A stretch of 63,143 bases of DNA, filler included, from Dugesia japonica (GCA_001938525.1; 6 parts of 6 records of this genome joined end to end with filler, not necessarily neighbours in it); one strand, 5' to 3'. Shown: positions 1 to 14,529, counted from the whole stretch's first letter. Notes: generated from the sequence alone by a model not told the origin. Program-made: numbers and translations.

Positions 1-1339
1 AACTGTGATTAATTGCATTTTTAATCTGTGTTTTTAATCTGAGACGTAATTTTCAAATTGTAGTCATTAAATCTTGTTATTTATAATTTATGATCTGAAC
101 ATTTTAAATTATTAAAATTATTATTAGATCAACTTTGCCCAAGATATTGCCGAAAATTGTGTCCAACACTTGTCTTTTAATGGACATTCATAACGCATGT
201 TAGGATGTTTTAATATTATACATAAAAATTTTATGAAAAGTGCCAGAAAAATTTTATTTAATAATAATTGAAGAAATTTCAATTAATAAAAAAGAAAATA
301 ATTAAAACAATTAATTGTTTTAATATTGCTATTTTGTTAGAATAAATTTTTCACTAGACTTAATTGTAACTTATTAATAAATATTTATAGATGGAAACTG
401 CAGGAAGTATAGCAGCGGCTAACAACGCATATGTCCATGTTCTCAGCAACAATAACATTGTCTTTCTCTTAATTTTTCTTCTTGTGGTTTTGTTAATCAT
501 CTACATTAAGTAACATTTTAGAGAATATGATAGATCATTTGATGTAGAATTCAGAAGAATGGTGGAAAATTTACAATGTTGTTCTTAAGCTTTTAGTTTT
601 AAAAACCGAGTATTCCTGTGTGAAGAGTGTCGCGACTTCTGCAAGCTTTCATTGTAAAAATGATTGTCATTTACAAATGTAAACGGAACTAAATTTAAAA
701 TTTATGGGACGAAGCCCAAATTATTGAATAATCTAAAGGCTAAGACGAGGACTAAACAGAAAATACAATAAATGCTGAAACAGATAGCGAAAGATGATAT
801 AGAAAAAGAAGATACTGCTATATCTGCAGACTCTAACGACTATATAAGATTTTTTAGGAATGAAGCAAAACGGAAATGTGGTCACAGGGTTTATGAAACT
901 AATTATAAATAATTATATTTTAGAAAAAAAGCATTTCAAATTCAAAGCAATTAAGATATTTCATTAACTAATTACATTAATAAAGTTGATTATTTGTATC
1001 ACAATTTGCAAATGCAATTGCAAAATATGAATCATGAAGTTATCTTAAATGATTGTAAACTTAACATAGAACTATTAAAAAATCGATTAGCCATTTCCGT
1101 TAGAAATCATGATTTGGTCACTCCAACATTGTTGAAAATATTGTGTTTTTACACGAATAATCGGTGAAACCATTTGTCAATATGTACCTGTATAGGTATC
1201 ACTAGTTTATTTTAATAGATGTGTAGTAGGACTACTAATCATTTACAAAAGTAAATTGATATTTATGATCCCAGTAACTCAAATGTTATTAAAAAAAATT
1301 TCAAAGGCTCAGAAAGGAATATTTAATTATGTAATGTTG

Positions 1340-2900
1340 CGATTATACTAAGTGAACGAACATTAAATTGTTTTAACTGATAAGAAATCATCTTCCCCCA
1401 AAGACATAGAGCAAACCAATAAAATTATATTGTTCTCACACACAAGAAAACATGAAATTTTAGAGGTAATCATAATAGTGTATCAACAAAGTGAAATTCA
1501 ACCTTACTATGATTTATTTTTTGGTGCGGAATATTATAAAGTAGCTGCTAGGAACGTAGTATTTGATTGTTTCACTGGATAATTAGTGAAAATGGCTTTA
1601 AAACAAAACGGGATTATGAAAAAAATTAAGCATATTTATACATGTAAATCATAATATCACCTCTCACAGAAAAAGTATGCATTATTAATACTAGTCATAA
1701 ACATCAAGAAGAGGTGCTGTTTGAATCCAATCCAGTGTTAATGGAAAAATATCGTATTCCTTGAACTGGCAGTATCAGTAACGTTCAGGGTATTAAAATT
1801 TGTATAAAAATGGGAAATTTTTATACAAAGCCATAGATTNTGTTTCTAGATACGAATATGGATATAATATACGTGCCAGATGATGAAAAATCTAAACATT
1901 TAAACTCAACCTTAGTGTAACAGAACATTTGATCCTGATATTGAGTACTATGACGCATCATGCTGCGATAGTAAGACATTGTTTAGGAAAGAAAATATTT
2001 AGATGAATAATCTATTAAGAAGATTTGATCATATTTTCGCCAAACATGGATACGATCTAGGAATTACAAATATCTTAGAGTAAAGAATAACTCTCAAGAC
2101 AACTAAACCGANNNNNNNNNNNNNNNNNNNNNNNNNNNNNNNNNNNNNNNNNNNNNNNNNNTAAATTAAGGCCGTTTCGAATACCAGAAAAGTTAGAAGC
2201 TAGTGTGGATAAACAAATAAAATTGATGTTGAAGTATAGAATTATTAGTCACAGTAAATCACCATATTAATCTCCAAGCGTAGTAGTAGCTAAAAGAGAT
2301 GGATCTGTGAAACTGTAAAACTTTTGTAAGTTAAACAAATCACTGTTAAAAATAGCGCTTGATTATCATTATTGAGTTGAGTATTTTATAAATTAAGAAA
2401 AGCGTTGTATCATTTTGTCGCATGCACCAAAGGGCTTCTGTCCAATCGTATGTACAAAGGAAACTAAAGCAATAAACAGCATTTTCGATTAATTTTGGTC
2501 ATTACGATTACACTGTCATGTAATTCGAAATCACTAAAGCTCCGAAACAGTTTCAAGGAATAAAATACTAGAAGACGTAACATTTATAATAGTATATATA
2601 GACGATATCTTGATCTTCTCAGAGAATTAGAAGAAGAGATTTTTAGATTGGAAAAACCTAACTTTAAGCGTACAAAATGCAAGCGGAGAAAGGATATCTC
2701 GAAAGGGATTATAGTCTAATTCACTAAATATCATCAAAATTCAAAATTTTCCACAATCAAAGAATACGAAACAGATCGAATGATTCGTGTGATTTGCAAT
2801 ATATTATCGTATATTCATCAACAATTTTTCAGCATTAGCATTTCCGCTTATACAATTACTTTAAACAAATAATAGCTTTAGTTTGAAAGACCTTTCAATT
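1340..2900 (+). mobile_element. Decayed Ty3/gypsy pol remnant (protease end, dUTPase-like linker, RT)
   Basis: Hand translation gives LRPFRIPEKLEASVDKQIKLMLKYRIISHSKSPY*SPSVVVAKRDGSVKL (~2167-2315) and the RT catalytic motif VYIDDILIF (2592-2618). Upstream EEVLFESNPVLMEKYRIP resembles the pre-RT region of the element at 35.6 kb. Many stops and frameshifts. Confidence 0.85.
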
Positions 2901-4370
2901 ATATTATAAAATGGAATAGCAATTATCAACCAAAGTTACAGAACTCTTGGAAATTCATTTACCAATTAATACAAGGCCTCTAATTATAACTTAATCATAA
3001 ACTAAATCGCGATTTCAAAAAATACTGACAAAATATTTTCGTTCATTCTCAAATAACTTTATTCTCAAATCTTTACGTGCGTCATTCTCTCCACTACTTC
3101 TGGTTCATGATTCCCCAACTTTAGAAACTATAGACGAACGTAGTTTTCTCAGTGTAAATGTGATTTTTAACAATATTTTAATAATTACTTAATTTATTTA
3201 ACAATTATTTAGTTTCTTTCTCAACAAAACATGCTCATGAAACCTCCATTTTAGTTTTACTTAATCACTCGTTTAAAATTTCTGTAAAAAGTTCATTACC
3301 TTTCACACTCATAAACTATAATCCCAGAATCAATACAACTTTTATTAATCATCAAACATAATTGTAGAACATTAGTTCAGAAACATCTATTGTATCATTC
3401 ATATATAAACGCATTTGTGCAGTTAAAGATATTTTATTCATAACTAAGTTCATTATCATTAGTCCATAAGTGACTGTTTCACAAATCATACATTTTTGTA
3501 TTTATAAATAACCAAATAAATTGTAGCAATTGACTAATCAAATATAAGACATTAACTAATGTCAGACAACTTAAAACATCTGAACCCGTTATAGATTAAC
3601 TAACTAGCTTTATGTTATTAAACGGCATGCTGTTAGTGACATGATCCTTTCCTTTGGATTGAATTCTTTTTAAGATACTCACCTTAATGATGATTACACG
3701 AGATCATTGTTTAATTGTACGTTACTTATTAATGATTACTCATAGTAGGAAGGCAAATTTTTTNNNNNNNNNNNNNNNNNNNNNNNNNNNNNNNNNNNNN
3801 NNNNNNNNNNNNNNNNNNNNNNNNNNNNNNNNNNNNNNNNNNNNNNNNNNNNNNNNNNNNNNNNNNNNNNNNNNNNNNNNNNNNNNNNNNNNNNNNNNNN
3901 NNNTATTTTTCTAATAAAATTTAATATAGATATCAATCATTATTGTTTATACCGGTTTTGATTTTCAATTATATTAAATTATTTGTTTTATTTCTGTACT
4001 AAAAAAGTAAATATTAATACAAATATTTTTAAAAATATATTTGTGAATATAAAAGTGCAACCAGCAAAAATATACACTTAGTTAAAGAGGATGAAATACT
4101 GATTGGCGTGAATAGTAATCTAAGTCACTAATGTATATATGTTACGGTAAATGTTATAAATTGGCGATTATACAAAATTACCAGGGATTATAAACTTTTT
4201 ATAAATTTTAGGTTGAGAATTAGTAATCTGTGCATTTATATTAAATTCATAGCCAGTTTAATTTGTGTTTAGAGTTTAATGTTTACTGTATAAGTTTTTT
4301 TCCTTTTACAACTTAGAATGAATAAACTTTAAATTTGGTTTTATTGTTAAAGTCCTAAATAGCGGTTAAC

Positions 4371-4700
4371 ATGAATAATCTAGAGAAAATGAGAAAGTTT
4401 TAATACAAATTTAACTTAACAAATTGTAACTAAATCTGATCTAAAAAGTAGCTTTGTGAAAAAATAGAAATATGTTTGGCTGAGAAATGCTATATCAGAA
4501 GTAAAAAACAAAGTCACTGGTACAACTCCGGCAGACTATCAAAGACTTAAAATATATGACATAATCAAAGTAGGTGAATGTGAAAAGGTGATTTTCAATG
4601 TTCGATAGTGCTAGGAAGTCTTCTTTATTTTGTGGAAAAATTTTTAAGATATCTTTGCAAAGGCAATTGTACGTCGAATAAGTGCAGTTGTAGAAGTGCT
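4371..4700 (+). mobile_element. Possible Ginger/KRBA2-type integrase-transposase N-terminal remnant
   Basis: KYVWLRNAISEVKNKVTGTTPADYQRLKIYDIIKVGECEKVI resembles the DY.RLKRYDV..IG..EKLI N-terminus of that family. No catalytic core is visible. Confidence 0.4.
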
Positions 4701-5671
4701 ATTACACTTTAATTCTAAATTCCCAAATAGTTTATAACGTAGCAATAAATACTCACATTATAGCTTTTGTTTTATATATTTTGTTTTTGTTGTTATTAAA
4801 AATACAAAGTAAACATATTTTTCAGTATGAGTATTAGTTAAATTCAAAGTCTCGCAACTCTCCATAAATTTATTTTGTTTATTACAAGTTTTCTGATTAA
4901 AGTGAAAAAAATATGAAGAACAATTCATAGTATTAAACAAATAATCTGAGAAATTTTAATAAAATATTTTTTTTAAATATCGATTTTAATTTAAAATACT
5001 TTTATTTTACATATATCTTTAATTGTTTTTAAACATCATTTCATAAAATAATTTTTATAATTTTAAAAATTTATTTTCATTTTTTCAATTATAATTGAAT
5101 GTTTTTAAAAAAATATATTTTAAAATAATATATTATTATATTATATATATTATAAAATTAAAAAAATTAAAATCTATTAATCACCCTTATAATGAGTTTT
5201 ATTTATTATTATTATTTATTAAATTCGCCAGTATTTGTTGGACAGTATTAAAAATGCCTAATTAATTTGATGACCCATGTATAATCCATGGCAATTTTGC
5301 AAAATCACCAATTTATAACTTTTACCGTCAAGATGTTGATAAATAAAATTGTGAGGATTTGTGTTTACTAATATTTTAATTTTTAGAAATTACTGTTGAT
5401 ATAATTTTTGTTTATATATTGCAATTTGTTGAGCGGTTTTTAAAAAGAAGAGTAATTCTAAGTTGGCAGAAATTAATATTTAGATCAAAGAAATTTTTAG
5501 AAAATTGAAACCATCAGGCTATTTTTTATGAATCTTTAGAAAGTAATTGTCATTCGGTTATTGATATTAGAAAAATAATTACAAAATGATATTGATTTAT
5601 TAGAAATATAAAAATTAGACACTTAAGGAAAATAGATAGGCAATAATCTTTAAAAAAAAAAGTAACTTTCA

Positions 5672-5715
5672 TTAAATCTCTCTTGATCGTCCTTGTTTAT
5701 TTGTTGCCATTTCAT
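5672..5715 (-). CDS. Putative terminal exon of the PDZ-domain gene
   Basis: Acceptor ...TTCAG at 5716-5720. Phase-compatible with the 6585-6687 exon, giving NEMATNKQGRSREI*. Confidence 0.3.
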
Positions 5716-6584
5716 CTGAATAATTAAATCATTTCACATAAAGTATAATTTTATCAAAAAATTAAAAAATCATTGAACACACAAATAATACTCATAGTAT
5801 CATAGCAAATTCAGATGCACGTTAAAATCATATTATAATATACTTTCAAATTAATAAAAAAAATAACAACTTTTCTGTGTGTTGATTTGTTCTGATACAT
5901 AAACTTGAAATAACCCTAGTTTTAACAATTTTTCGATACATACACTAGTCTCGGAATATAACAAAGTCATAAATTACACACATGCATAAACACAATGTAG
6001 AAATCATAATTTAACCAAATCAATCGCTACATATTGTGGTAATATTACTGCTACATTGTATATATTATATTGATCGTTCTCATAATTGTTAATAAACTAT
6101 AAATACTGCGTGGAGACATAAAAAATTATTCACGATAAATACGTAAATAAATATGCAAATTGAATAAATAAAAGTTATTTATGGAAAAGAAATAAATACA
6201 TGGAATTTTTGGGGTTTTTTTTTTAAAAGAAAAAAGCCCTTCAACCGTATGTTTATATATTGTTGATAATGATCAATGGATAATGTGAGGATATTTTATA
6301 TTTATTATAAATTATTATTAAAACTGTATGTTGCATAATTAATATTTGACAATGAGTTCAAATATTTTGTATGTTGCATAATAGGTCAATGTTTGTTTGC
6401 TGATTGAGGGATTTTGATTGCTCAAATAATAATTACATTTATATTTATTCCTCCTTTTTAGATTGTCATATTAATAAATATTATGGTTATGAAACAGACT
6501 CTAACAGATAATAATGAAATGAAAATAGAATAAAAAGAAATAAACACTTGAAATATTTTAAGTTATTATAATAATAAAACATAC

Positions 6585-6687
6585 TCGCACTATATCGTCC
6601 GACATAAATAGTTACTTCTTTACCACATTTTTTCAAAACATCAATTGCTTCGTCATAAGTTAATCCGTTAAATGATTGATAATCTAC
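6585..6687 (-). CDS. Exon encoding the C-terminal half of a PDZ domain (host gene)
   Basis: Polypyrimidine tract plus CAG acceptor (6690-6688) and GTATGT donor (from 6584). Translation VDYQSFNGLTYDEAIDVLKKCGKEVTIYVGRY matches the PDZ pattern VNG.SL.GLTHEEAV..LK..G.EVTL.V. Too short for the ORF track. Confidence 0.75.
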
Positions 6688-7567
6688 CTGATAAAAAATA
6701 AATGATTAAATTCATATTTTTATTAAAATTAATTATAACTAATTCAATGCTTCTTTTAGAATTTAGTTTTCAAAATTAAAAAGATGAAATTGTTATTTTT
6801 TTTACAGATTTTAATGAATTATAATAATAAATTACTTTTATATTTATGTCGTAAGCAAAACATATCATGTGAAAAAAAGCTTCCAATTACAACTATAAGT
6901 TAATTATAAATATATTATGCAGTTTTTTTAATTTGATCATTATTTTTTACTTACACGTATTCACTTACATGGAATTTCCAAATTGTTTGTTCTTTCAGTC
7001 TCTTTTTTTATGTATTTCTTCAGACTCATGACATCTTTCCTTGTTAATTTTTTTCCATAGATTATGTTTGCTGGACATTTTCCTGTTGTATTCTGTAAAA
7101 ATTCTGTATGCAAATTCGTATCCCTGCTCCATCTCTCTTCTTTCTGTCCTATAAACTAGCATTTATTAGCTTACAAACTGTCCAAAATTGTTTTTTAATG
7201 TGCCAATTTGTTTGATGGTGATATTAAATTGAAAAACATAATTTAATATCTAACTTCGTTGTCAATTCTGTCATTACTTTTGATTAAAACGCCTTCTCAA
7301 AATCTACTCTTATCTTTTTTTGGCTGACAAAACTCAAAATCCTTTTTTCGTTTCTTCATTTTATCCTGTTATCTCTGACAAATGGTCAAAGTTTTTAATT
7401 GAATCGATAATNTTTAATGTTTTTTAATGAAAACCCAACCAATTTGCGCCAATAGAAACGCTTTAAATGTAAATTAAATAATATTAAGTCATCCGAAAAT
7501 GACGAATTTTTAAACCAAACTTTAAACTGTAATAACTAAATCCATTGCAAAAGTTTTATTAAAAATT

Positions 7568-8480
7568 AATCACTATTGGAATCTATAATGAATTTTTGCC
7601 AACGTGATAAAGATTTATTTATGGTCAATTGAAAAAAAATCTGTATTTTTGGAGTCAATGAAATCTTTGAATACTGTTTTGATCAAGATGTTTAAAGAAA
7701 TAGAAATATGTGGCAGTCAGGTCCGATAAGTATGATGGATGAGCAGGAGTTTTATATCCAAACTTAACGTTTTTGTTAAACCATTCGTGAAACATTGGAA
7801 CGTGCGTTGTCGTGAAGGAGTATTGGACCGTTTCGATTGACTAAAGCTAGCTGTTTTTGAAACATTTCCTTGTGCATTTCTTCCAATTGCTCATTGAACA
7901 ATGTTGCAATAATTGTTTACAAGGCTGGTTGTGAGAAAAGTGAATAATTTCCGCCGTTGACTACAATACAGTAAGTATCGACTTCTTCAGATAGAGTTTC
8001 ATTTTTGGGGAACTGTTTAGGGAACTCATAACTAATAACCATTGTACAGAACGTTTGCGGTTATCATAATAATTTCCTCGGTGGAATATTTCATGAGGAG
8101 AGATGTTGCTATCTCTAGTCTCCTTTTCATGCAGATTTCCGTAAGATCATGCGACACTCATTTATCAGTTTCTTCAGAGGTTTAAAGGCAGTTTATTGCA
8201 AAACATATATCTTCACTACGGTTTCTGACAAACTTTACCTTGTTTTTACCTGAACTATTTGTTTTATAACATCATCATCAACAACAGAAAGTCACTCGGT
8301 TTTTTTATCTTTAAGAGACTTATTTCCACTTGGGATCTTCTTGAACAATATCTGCACGGTACGCTAAGTAGCAATACCATCTCCCCAATCTTTGTTTACA
8401 TTTTAGTTTTTTCTGTTGAATTGTGACCGAGTTTAAGTTCGTAAAGTATAATAATTCAAAAAGCGATTTTGTCCTTGGTT
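7568..8480 (-). mobile_element. Decayed mariner (Tc1/mariner) transposase
   Basis: Minus-strand motifs in the correct order: LYELKLGHNSTE..NVNKDWGDGIA, KKLDK*VSHDL (WVPHEL), PILLHDNAR (7801-7826), HPSYLSDLTA (YSPDLAP, 7711-7744), INKSLSRWQK. Confidence 0.88.
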
Positions 8481-9864
8481 TCAAATTTTATGGGTTGAAG
8501 AACGAGTTAAACTCAAATTTTTAATCAATGTGTAATTGAGTTATAATAAGAAAAAAGTCAACAAATATTTCGATTTTACGGCTTTTGGCAGGAATATATT
8601 AAAGGTTTTCCAAGAATATATTAATAATTTTCCAAGAAAACATTTTATATTTAAAATTCTGGATTTTCAATTATTTTTGGTATTTAGTGAAATAATTTAT
8701 TGAAAAAAAATAATAACTTGTTTAAATAATTTTTCATAGATAGAAAATTATAAAATAACAATTTGTAAGTTAGAAATATTGTGCAAAATCTGTAAAATAC
8801 TGCATCAAATGGTTTTAATGAATACAGTTTTGTATTGAAAATTCTCTTAATAATGTTGTTTTAATTAAGATAGAATTTTATTGAAAACAGAAGTGTCTTT
8901 TCTAAATCCAAAGAGATTCCTATTTTGTTTTTAACATTTTTTTTCAAAAGTATTTTATTTCAAATTTTTCCAAAAATATTTTATCGCTTTTAATTATTTC
9001 AATAGTTTTGTTTTAATTACATGAACGAATAATATAACTGAATCTCCGAAAAGAACCATCGTCGAAATTTCAGATATTTAACAAAAAATCGAGGAAAATC
9101 TTTNGAATTTATGCTTTATAATTTATTATTTTAATATGAATCAAATAAATTCCAATTTAATATTTGAAATTTGATTGATTATTTATTAACGATAAACTGC
9201 ATAGCCGACAAAAAACAATTAATCGCAATCATTTTTCGTTGAAATAATTACATTTATTAGTGTTGTCATAGCGATGCACCTANATGTTAANCCATAATTG
9301 ACAGTAATATCAGATATATTTCAAATCGCAATTTTAAATATGTAATGATAGATATCGTAAGCATACAAGTATCAATTGTAATGCAATTATTGTCATTTTG
9401 ATTCGTAAAATAAATTTAGTGTTTTAGATTAAATCTATTTCAAATTATTTAAAAATTTATTAAATTAATAAAAAACTTAAAAAATATTTTTGAGTTATTC
9501 TACTTTTTATATAACATTAAAATACAAATAACAATTAAAATTACATTTCTGTGTTTATGCAATTATTTTTTATTTGCTGTATTTATTTACTTTTATTTAT
9601 TTTATAATTACAATGATTGTGAGAATAATTGTTGGACTTAACCAATGATCGCATTTGAGATTTCATTAAAATAAAGAAAAAGCTTCGATCAAAATAAAAT
9701 GTATTTGTAAAAATGTTCAAATTTTCGACAATATTCAATGCAATAGATATTTTTTACTCAATTCTTTACATTTTATCGACATTTTATTGTTTTATTTAAT
9801 TATGAATTTTAATTTTTATTTTTAAATTAACTTTTTAAAACTTTTTATTCGATATTAATTTTTA

Positions 9865-9964
9865 NNNNNNNNNNNNNNNNNNNNNNNNNNNNNNNNNNNN
9901 NNNNNNNNTTAATTAATTAANNNNNNNNNNNNNNNNNNNNNNNNNNNNNNNNNNNNNNNNNNNN
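9865..9964. other. Artificial contig linker N44-TTAATTAATTAA-N44
   Basis: The identical 100-bp construct recurs with its 12-mer at 9909, 18742, 28252, 41320 and 50528. The 12-mer has stops in all six frames. Confidence 0.95.
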
Positions 9965-10161
9965 GTCATACATGCCATTACTACATGTTTAATAAAATAG
10001 TTATTTCAATCTAAATATTGATCAGTAATATTGATTCTGTAATTTTCGCCATAAAGTATGATTAAAGTAAAATAAACAACCTTTAATTTGATCTGAGAAT
10101 AGGTTATTTTTGTTGCTTTAATGGCTGCGTTTTCAAAATCCAACATGATAATGTTTGGCAT
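9965..10161 (-). mobile_element. MULE (Mutator-like) transposase remnant, 3' part, interrupted by a gypsy insertion
   Basis: PNIIMLDFENAAIKATKITYSQIKLK then, after a frameshift, GCLFHFNHTLWRKLQ. These are the MULE DFE and CxFH motifs. Confidence 0.8.
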
Positions 10162-10280
10162 AGTTACAATATCCTTATCCTCTATCATTTTTCAATAAAA
10201 AACTAAGTAATCAGAATATTTATAAAATTATAACGTTAATTCATATAATTTAAACAACGTTATTCAAAATTTCTATAACT
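10162..10280 (-). repeat. 3' LTR (119 bp)
   Basis: AGTTA...TAACT termini. Aligns to 14529-14649. Preceded on the minus strand by the polypurine tract GAAGGAGGGGAT (10281-10292). Confidence 0.9.
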
Positions 10281-13200
10281 ATCCCCTCCTTCAAAATGTT
10301 TTCCATCTTTTCAGCCATTCAATTCTTCTGGTTTTTAAACCATTTAAAAACTTGATTTCTACTTGATGTGCTGATACAAACCTCACTATATGGTATGGCC
10401 TTTTATACAGCAAACCGTTTTTCTTTGGTTTTTGTGGTTCTACTCGGACTAATACACAACTCTTCCATTTTAAAGTATCTTTGTCCTTGCTTATCTTTCT
10501 CGAAGTTTTCCATTTTCTGCGCCACCTTCTTCAAATTCTGTCGCACTATCTCTTCTCTGNNNNNNNNNNNNNNNNNNNNNNNNNNNNNNNNNNNNNNNNN
10601 NNNNNNNNNNNNNNNNNNNNNNNNNNNNNNNNNNNNNNNNNNNNNNNNNNNNNNNNNNNNNNNNNNNNNNNNNNCTAAATTCGACTCTCGGTAATAATGT
10701 CTTCCAATCTTTCTCATTACATTTCCCTTTTATTGATATCATAATCATATCCCTCACTATCGGATCATCCGTTCTACCAAACCATTCAACTGGTGCTGAT
10801 ACGGGGAACTAAATTCCTGTACAATTCCAAATTTTTCTAGTTTCTTTGCCATCAGTTGACTTTCAAACATTTCACCTCTGTTAGTCAGAGTTGATTTTGG
10901 TTTACCAAAACGGTATATCCATTTGTTCAAAATTATCATAAAAATCGTCTCTTCATCTATCTTTGAAATTTCAGATAAGCTGACTAGTTTGCTTAATGAT
11001 CAATAATCACTACCATATATTTCTTTTCAGACTTGCTCTGTTCCATATGAGCTATGTCCACAAAGATTTGTTCTAAAGAATTTTGGCTTCTCCATGGTAT
11101 AAGTTTTTCTTTTATATGACTTTGTACTACTTTTCTTTTGGCACACATCTCGAATTTATCAATATTTTCAATAATTGTCTCGCACATCCCTGGCCAGAAA
11201 TAACCATCATATACATAAGAAAATAACTTTTTCCTTCCAACATGACATAAATCTTCATGAATTTCTGTTATCACTTTATCAACTATTCTTGTCGTAACCC
11301 CTAACAAACATTTATCTCTTCTTTTTACTACTAACAAATCATNCACTATTTTCAATTCGTGCTTTAGTTTATTCCAGTAGCTTCCTTGTTCACTAATTTT
11401 AGTCTCTAAAGCATCTTCTCGCAAGATCGTTAAACAGCTTTGTATTTCTGAATCTTCTGTCTGGGCCTGTCAAATCATTGTAATTATTTCGGTATCGTGT
11501 TGAATTCCATTGATATGTTTCACTTTGGCTTTTTCTCCTTTTGCGTCTATGTNNNNNNNNNNNNNNNNNNNNNNNNNNNNNNNNNNNNNNNNNNNNNNNN
11601 NNTTTCATGCTACATTGTGAACATAAACTCTCCTTTAGCCTCAACAACCCATCCGCATTGTTGTGTTCTTCGCCTTTTCTATACTTGAGTTCAAAATCAT
11701 ACTCTACCAAATACGCCATCCACGTCTGGAATTGTGGACTGATTGGGTTCTTGTGTTGTTCGGAAGCACCAACGCTTTGTGGTCCGTTCTTACCAGAAAT
11801 CTCTTTCCATACAGATATTGTTTGAGTTGTTGTACAAATTCGTGTATAGCTAATAGTTCTTTTCTTGTCACAAAGTATCCTTTGTCATGAGCTGTCAAAT
11901 ATCTGAATCCATACGCATTTACCACTTCCTTTTTATCTTTGCATTGACTAAAGATTGCATCGATAGCCCCAAAACTAGCGTCGGTGTCTGAAATGAACAT
12001 CTGTTCCTCCCTGAGATATTCTAATACTGAAGCCCGATATAACTTGTCTTTTAACGCATTAAAACTGTTCTGTCCAAACTAACGGTTTGTTGCAACCTGA
12101 AGTTTCTTCATATAAAGATACTGCTATCTTTGCATAATTTTTTATGAAACATTTGTAGTAGTTAGTTAGTCTGAAAAACGAACGGAGATTTGAAGAACAT
12201 TATGGAACTATAGCATTCTTAATCTCCTGAATCTAAACTTCATAAGTGCGTATACCAGTTGCATTAACTGTATGTCCCAAGAATAACACTTCTTTCTGAT
12301 AAAACTTACATTTCTCAGGGTTTATTCTTAATCCTGAGTCTCTGATCTTGTAAAAGACCTTTTCTAACATTTTGTCGTGATCCTCTAAAGATTTTCCGTA
12401 TACCAGAATATCGTCCAGATATACAATAACTCCTTTGAAAATTAATCCCTCCAATAACTCGTGCATTAACTTTTGAAAAGTGGTCAGTGCTGTAGCTAAT
12501 CCAAAAGGCGTTCGGTTAAATCTGAATTGCCCTTCCTTTGTATGGAAAGCAGTTACATCCCTTGACTTTTCCGCTAACTCCACTTGATAATTAGCTTAGC
12601 CGAGATCAATCGATGAAAATAACTTTGAGCCAGACAAACAATTTAATAATAACTGAATGTCTGGCATTGTCAAAGAGATTTTTTCTGTCCTCAAATTCAT
12701 TGGTCTGTAATCCACGCACATTCCTATCGAGCTGTTCTTTTTACCTGCAATCACTTATGGAGAATTTCAAGGACTTTTACATTTGCTAATAACGCCAATG
12801 TTTGCGTTTCTTCAATTTTCTTTTCTAAATGCATCGGCTGTCTTCTAGGGTGCTGTACTATTAGATTTCCTTTAACCTTTATTTCATGTATTACGTTTTT
12901 CGTATGCCCAATATCAATTTTTGAAGCCATAAATATCTCACCAAAATTTGGGATCAATTGAACCATTTTTCTGTTATCAATTACTTTAAACCACTGCAAC
13001 GCTTTATTTTTTCTATCTTCATCAGAATGNGCTATCTTCAGACTCTCATTTTCGATGTTATTTATTGGGATAAGATAGTTAATTTTAATCCAAAACATTG
13101 CATTTTATCAATACCGCCAATTAATTCTGGGTGCATCTGTCTAACTATGATGACTTTTATTTTCCTGATTTTCTTGTTCCACTGGATACTTAATTCTGCT

Positions 13201-14510
13201 ATACCCAACGGTTTTTCTCTGATATTGCACATCCACGACAACGGTTTTCCAATTTTAATCCAATAGTTCTCACTTATGACTGTCGCCAAAGCTCCTGAAT
13301 CCCACAACATCTCTAACTTAACTCCATTAACATCTACTCTACTCCATTCTAGTCCATCTTCCTTTTCAAACATCTCTCCTCTTTCATCATCATTTTGATT
13401 TATTTTATCTTTTTCTATACTGACTCTATCGGATTTTTTTCTGTCTTTCTGGTTTTTCCCCATTACTACATCATGATCTGTCACGCTCTTATCGTCTTCT
13501 TTTGAATTGTCCACTTCCTCTTAAATACACAAAATTTTAGTGTTCCTTCTACTGGACAAACCCTGTAAAATCGAACAAGATCTAAAATTATGTCCAGACT
13601 TGCCGCAAATTAAACATTTGTCTTAATTAGCATTGGTATCGTTTATGTCTATATTCTCCACAGTAATAACATTGTTCCTCTTGGAGTTTCTCTTCACCAG
13701 GTTCTGGAAATCCTCTTTGTCTATTAAAATAACATCTTGCCAAATATTTCATTGATACTGTCGGTTTTGACCTTATCACTCGTGTTCTATCTTCTATCAT
13801 CACTAGTTGTGTGTTTCTCTTATATAATCTTTTTACTGGAAAATTATTTAAACGTATTTAATGTATATCCTCTTCAACTCTATTTATGTATGGTTTCACT
13901 ACATTTGCATAAGTCACCTTTTTATGTATCATACAGATATCTTCCTTTTCGGCTATTCGTTGATAATGTTCCTAGTCCTCGTAAATCTTTGCTAGGGATC
14001 TTATTTCCATGATCTTAATTTCAAGACGTGTTGTCAATGTTTCTCTAAACTTCGTATTTTTCACCTTCTTTGAGAGTACGTCATTAATTATTTCATCTTT
14101 TCTTAGTTACAAATTCATGACATTATTTATCAGATTTCTTAATCTGATTTCGAATGTTGCGAATCTTTTTTCAGTCTCTTGTTTTACCATTGCTAATTCT
14201 AGAATATGCTATGAAAACGATTTTTTTAATCATAAATGTGTCTGTAAACCATCTTTTGGCTTCTTCTGTTTTAATCTCAATCTTTTTAAAGAATTCCTTC
14301 TTCACCTGAGAATAGGAGATCAAAGATATGCAACAAATTGAAATCGTTAACGATAGTCCACTCCTCGATATCCTTAAACCATTTCGAAGATTCTTCTGCC
14401 CCTTTTCCATTATATTTTCTGACGTTAAAATTTATTAATTCTTGCGCTTTCTTTAGTAACGCATCTAAAATTGTTTTACGTGGATGCTGTTGCCTTGTCA
14501 CAAAATTTAC

Positions 14511-14529
14511 AGTTCTGGCGTGGTTGCCA
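14511..14529 (-). promoter_or_regulatory. Primer-binding site, probably tRNA-Arg type
   Basis: TGGCAACCACGCCAGAACT overlaps the last T of the 5' LTR and resembles the TGGCGACCACG.. complement of tRNA-Arg 3' ends. Confidence 0.7.

Noticed and set aside
3687-3936. ORF-track entries spanning N runs (also 10368-10757, 11497-11825, 15997-16194)
   Set aside because: They are open mainly because Ns hide stops, or are antisense shadows of retroelement genes.
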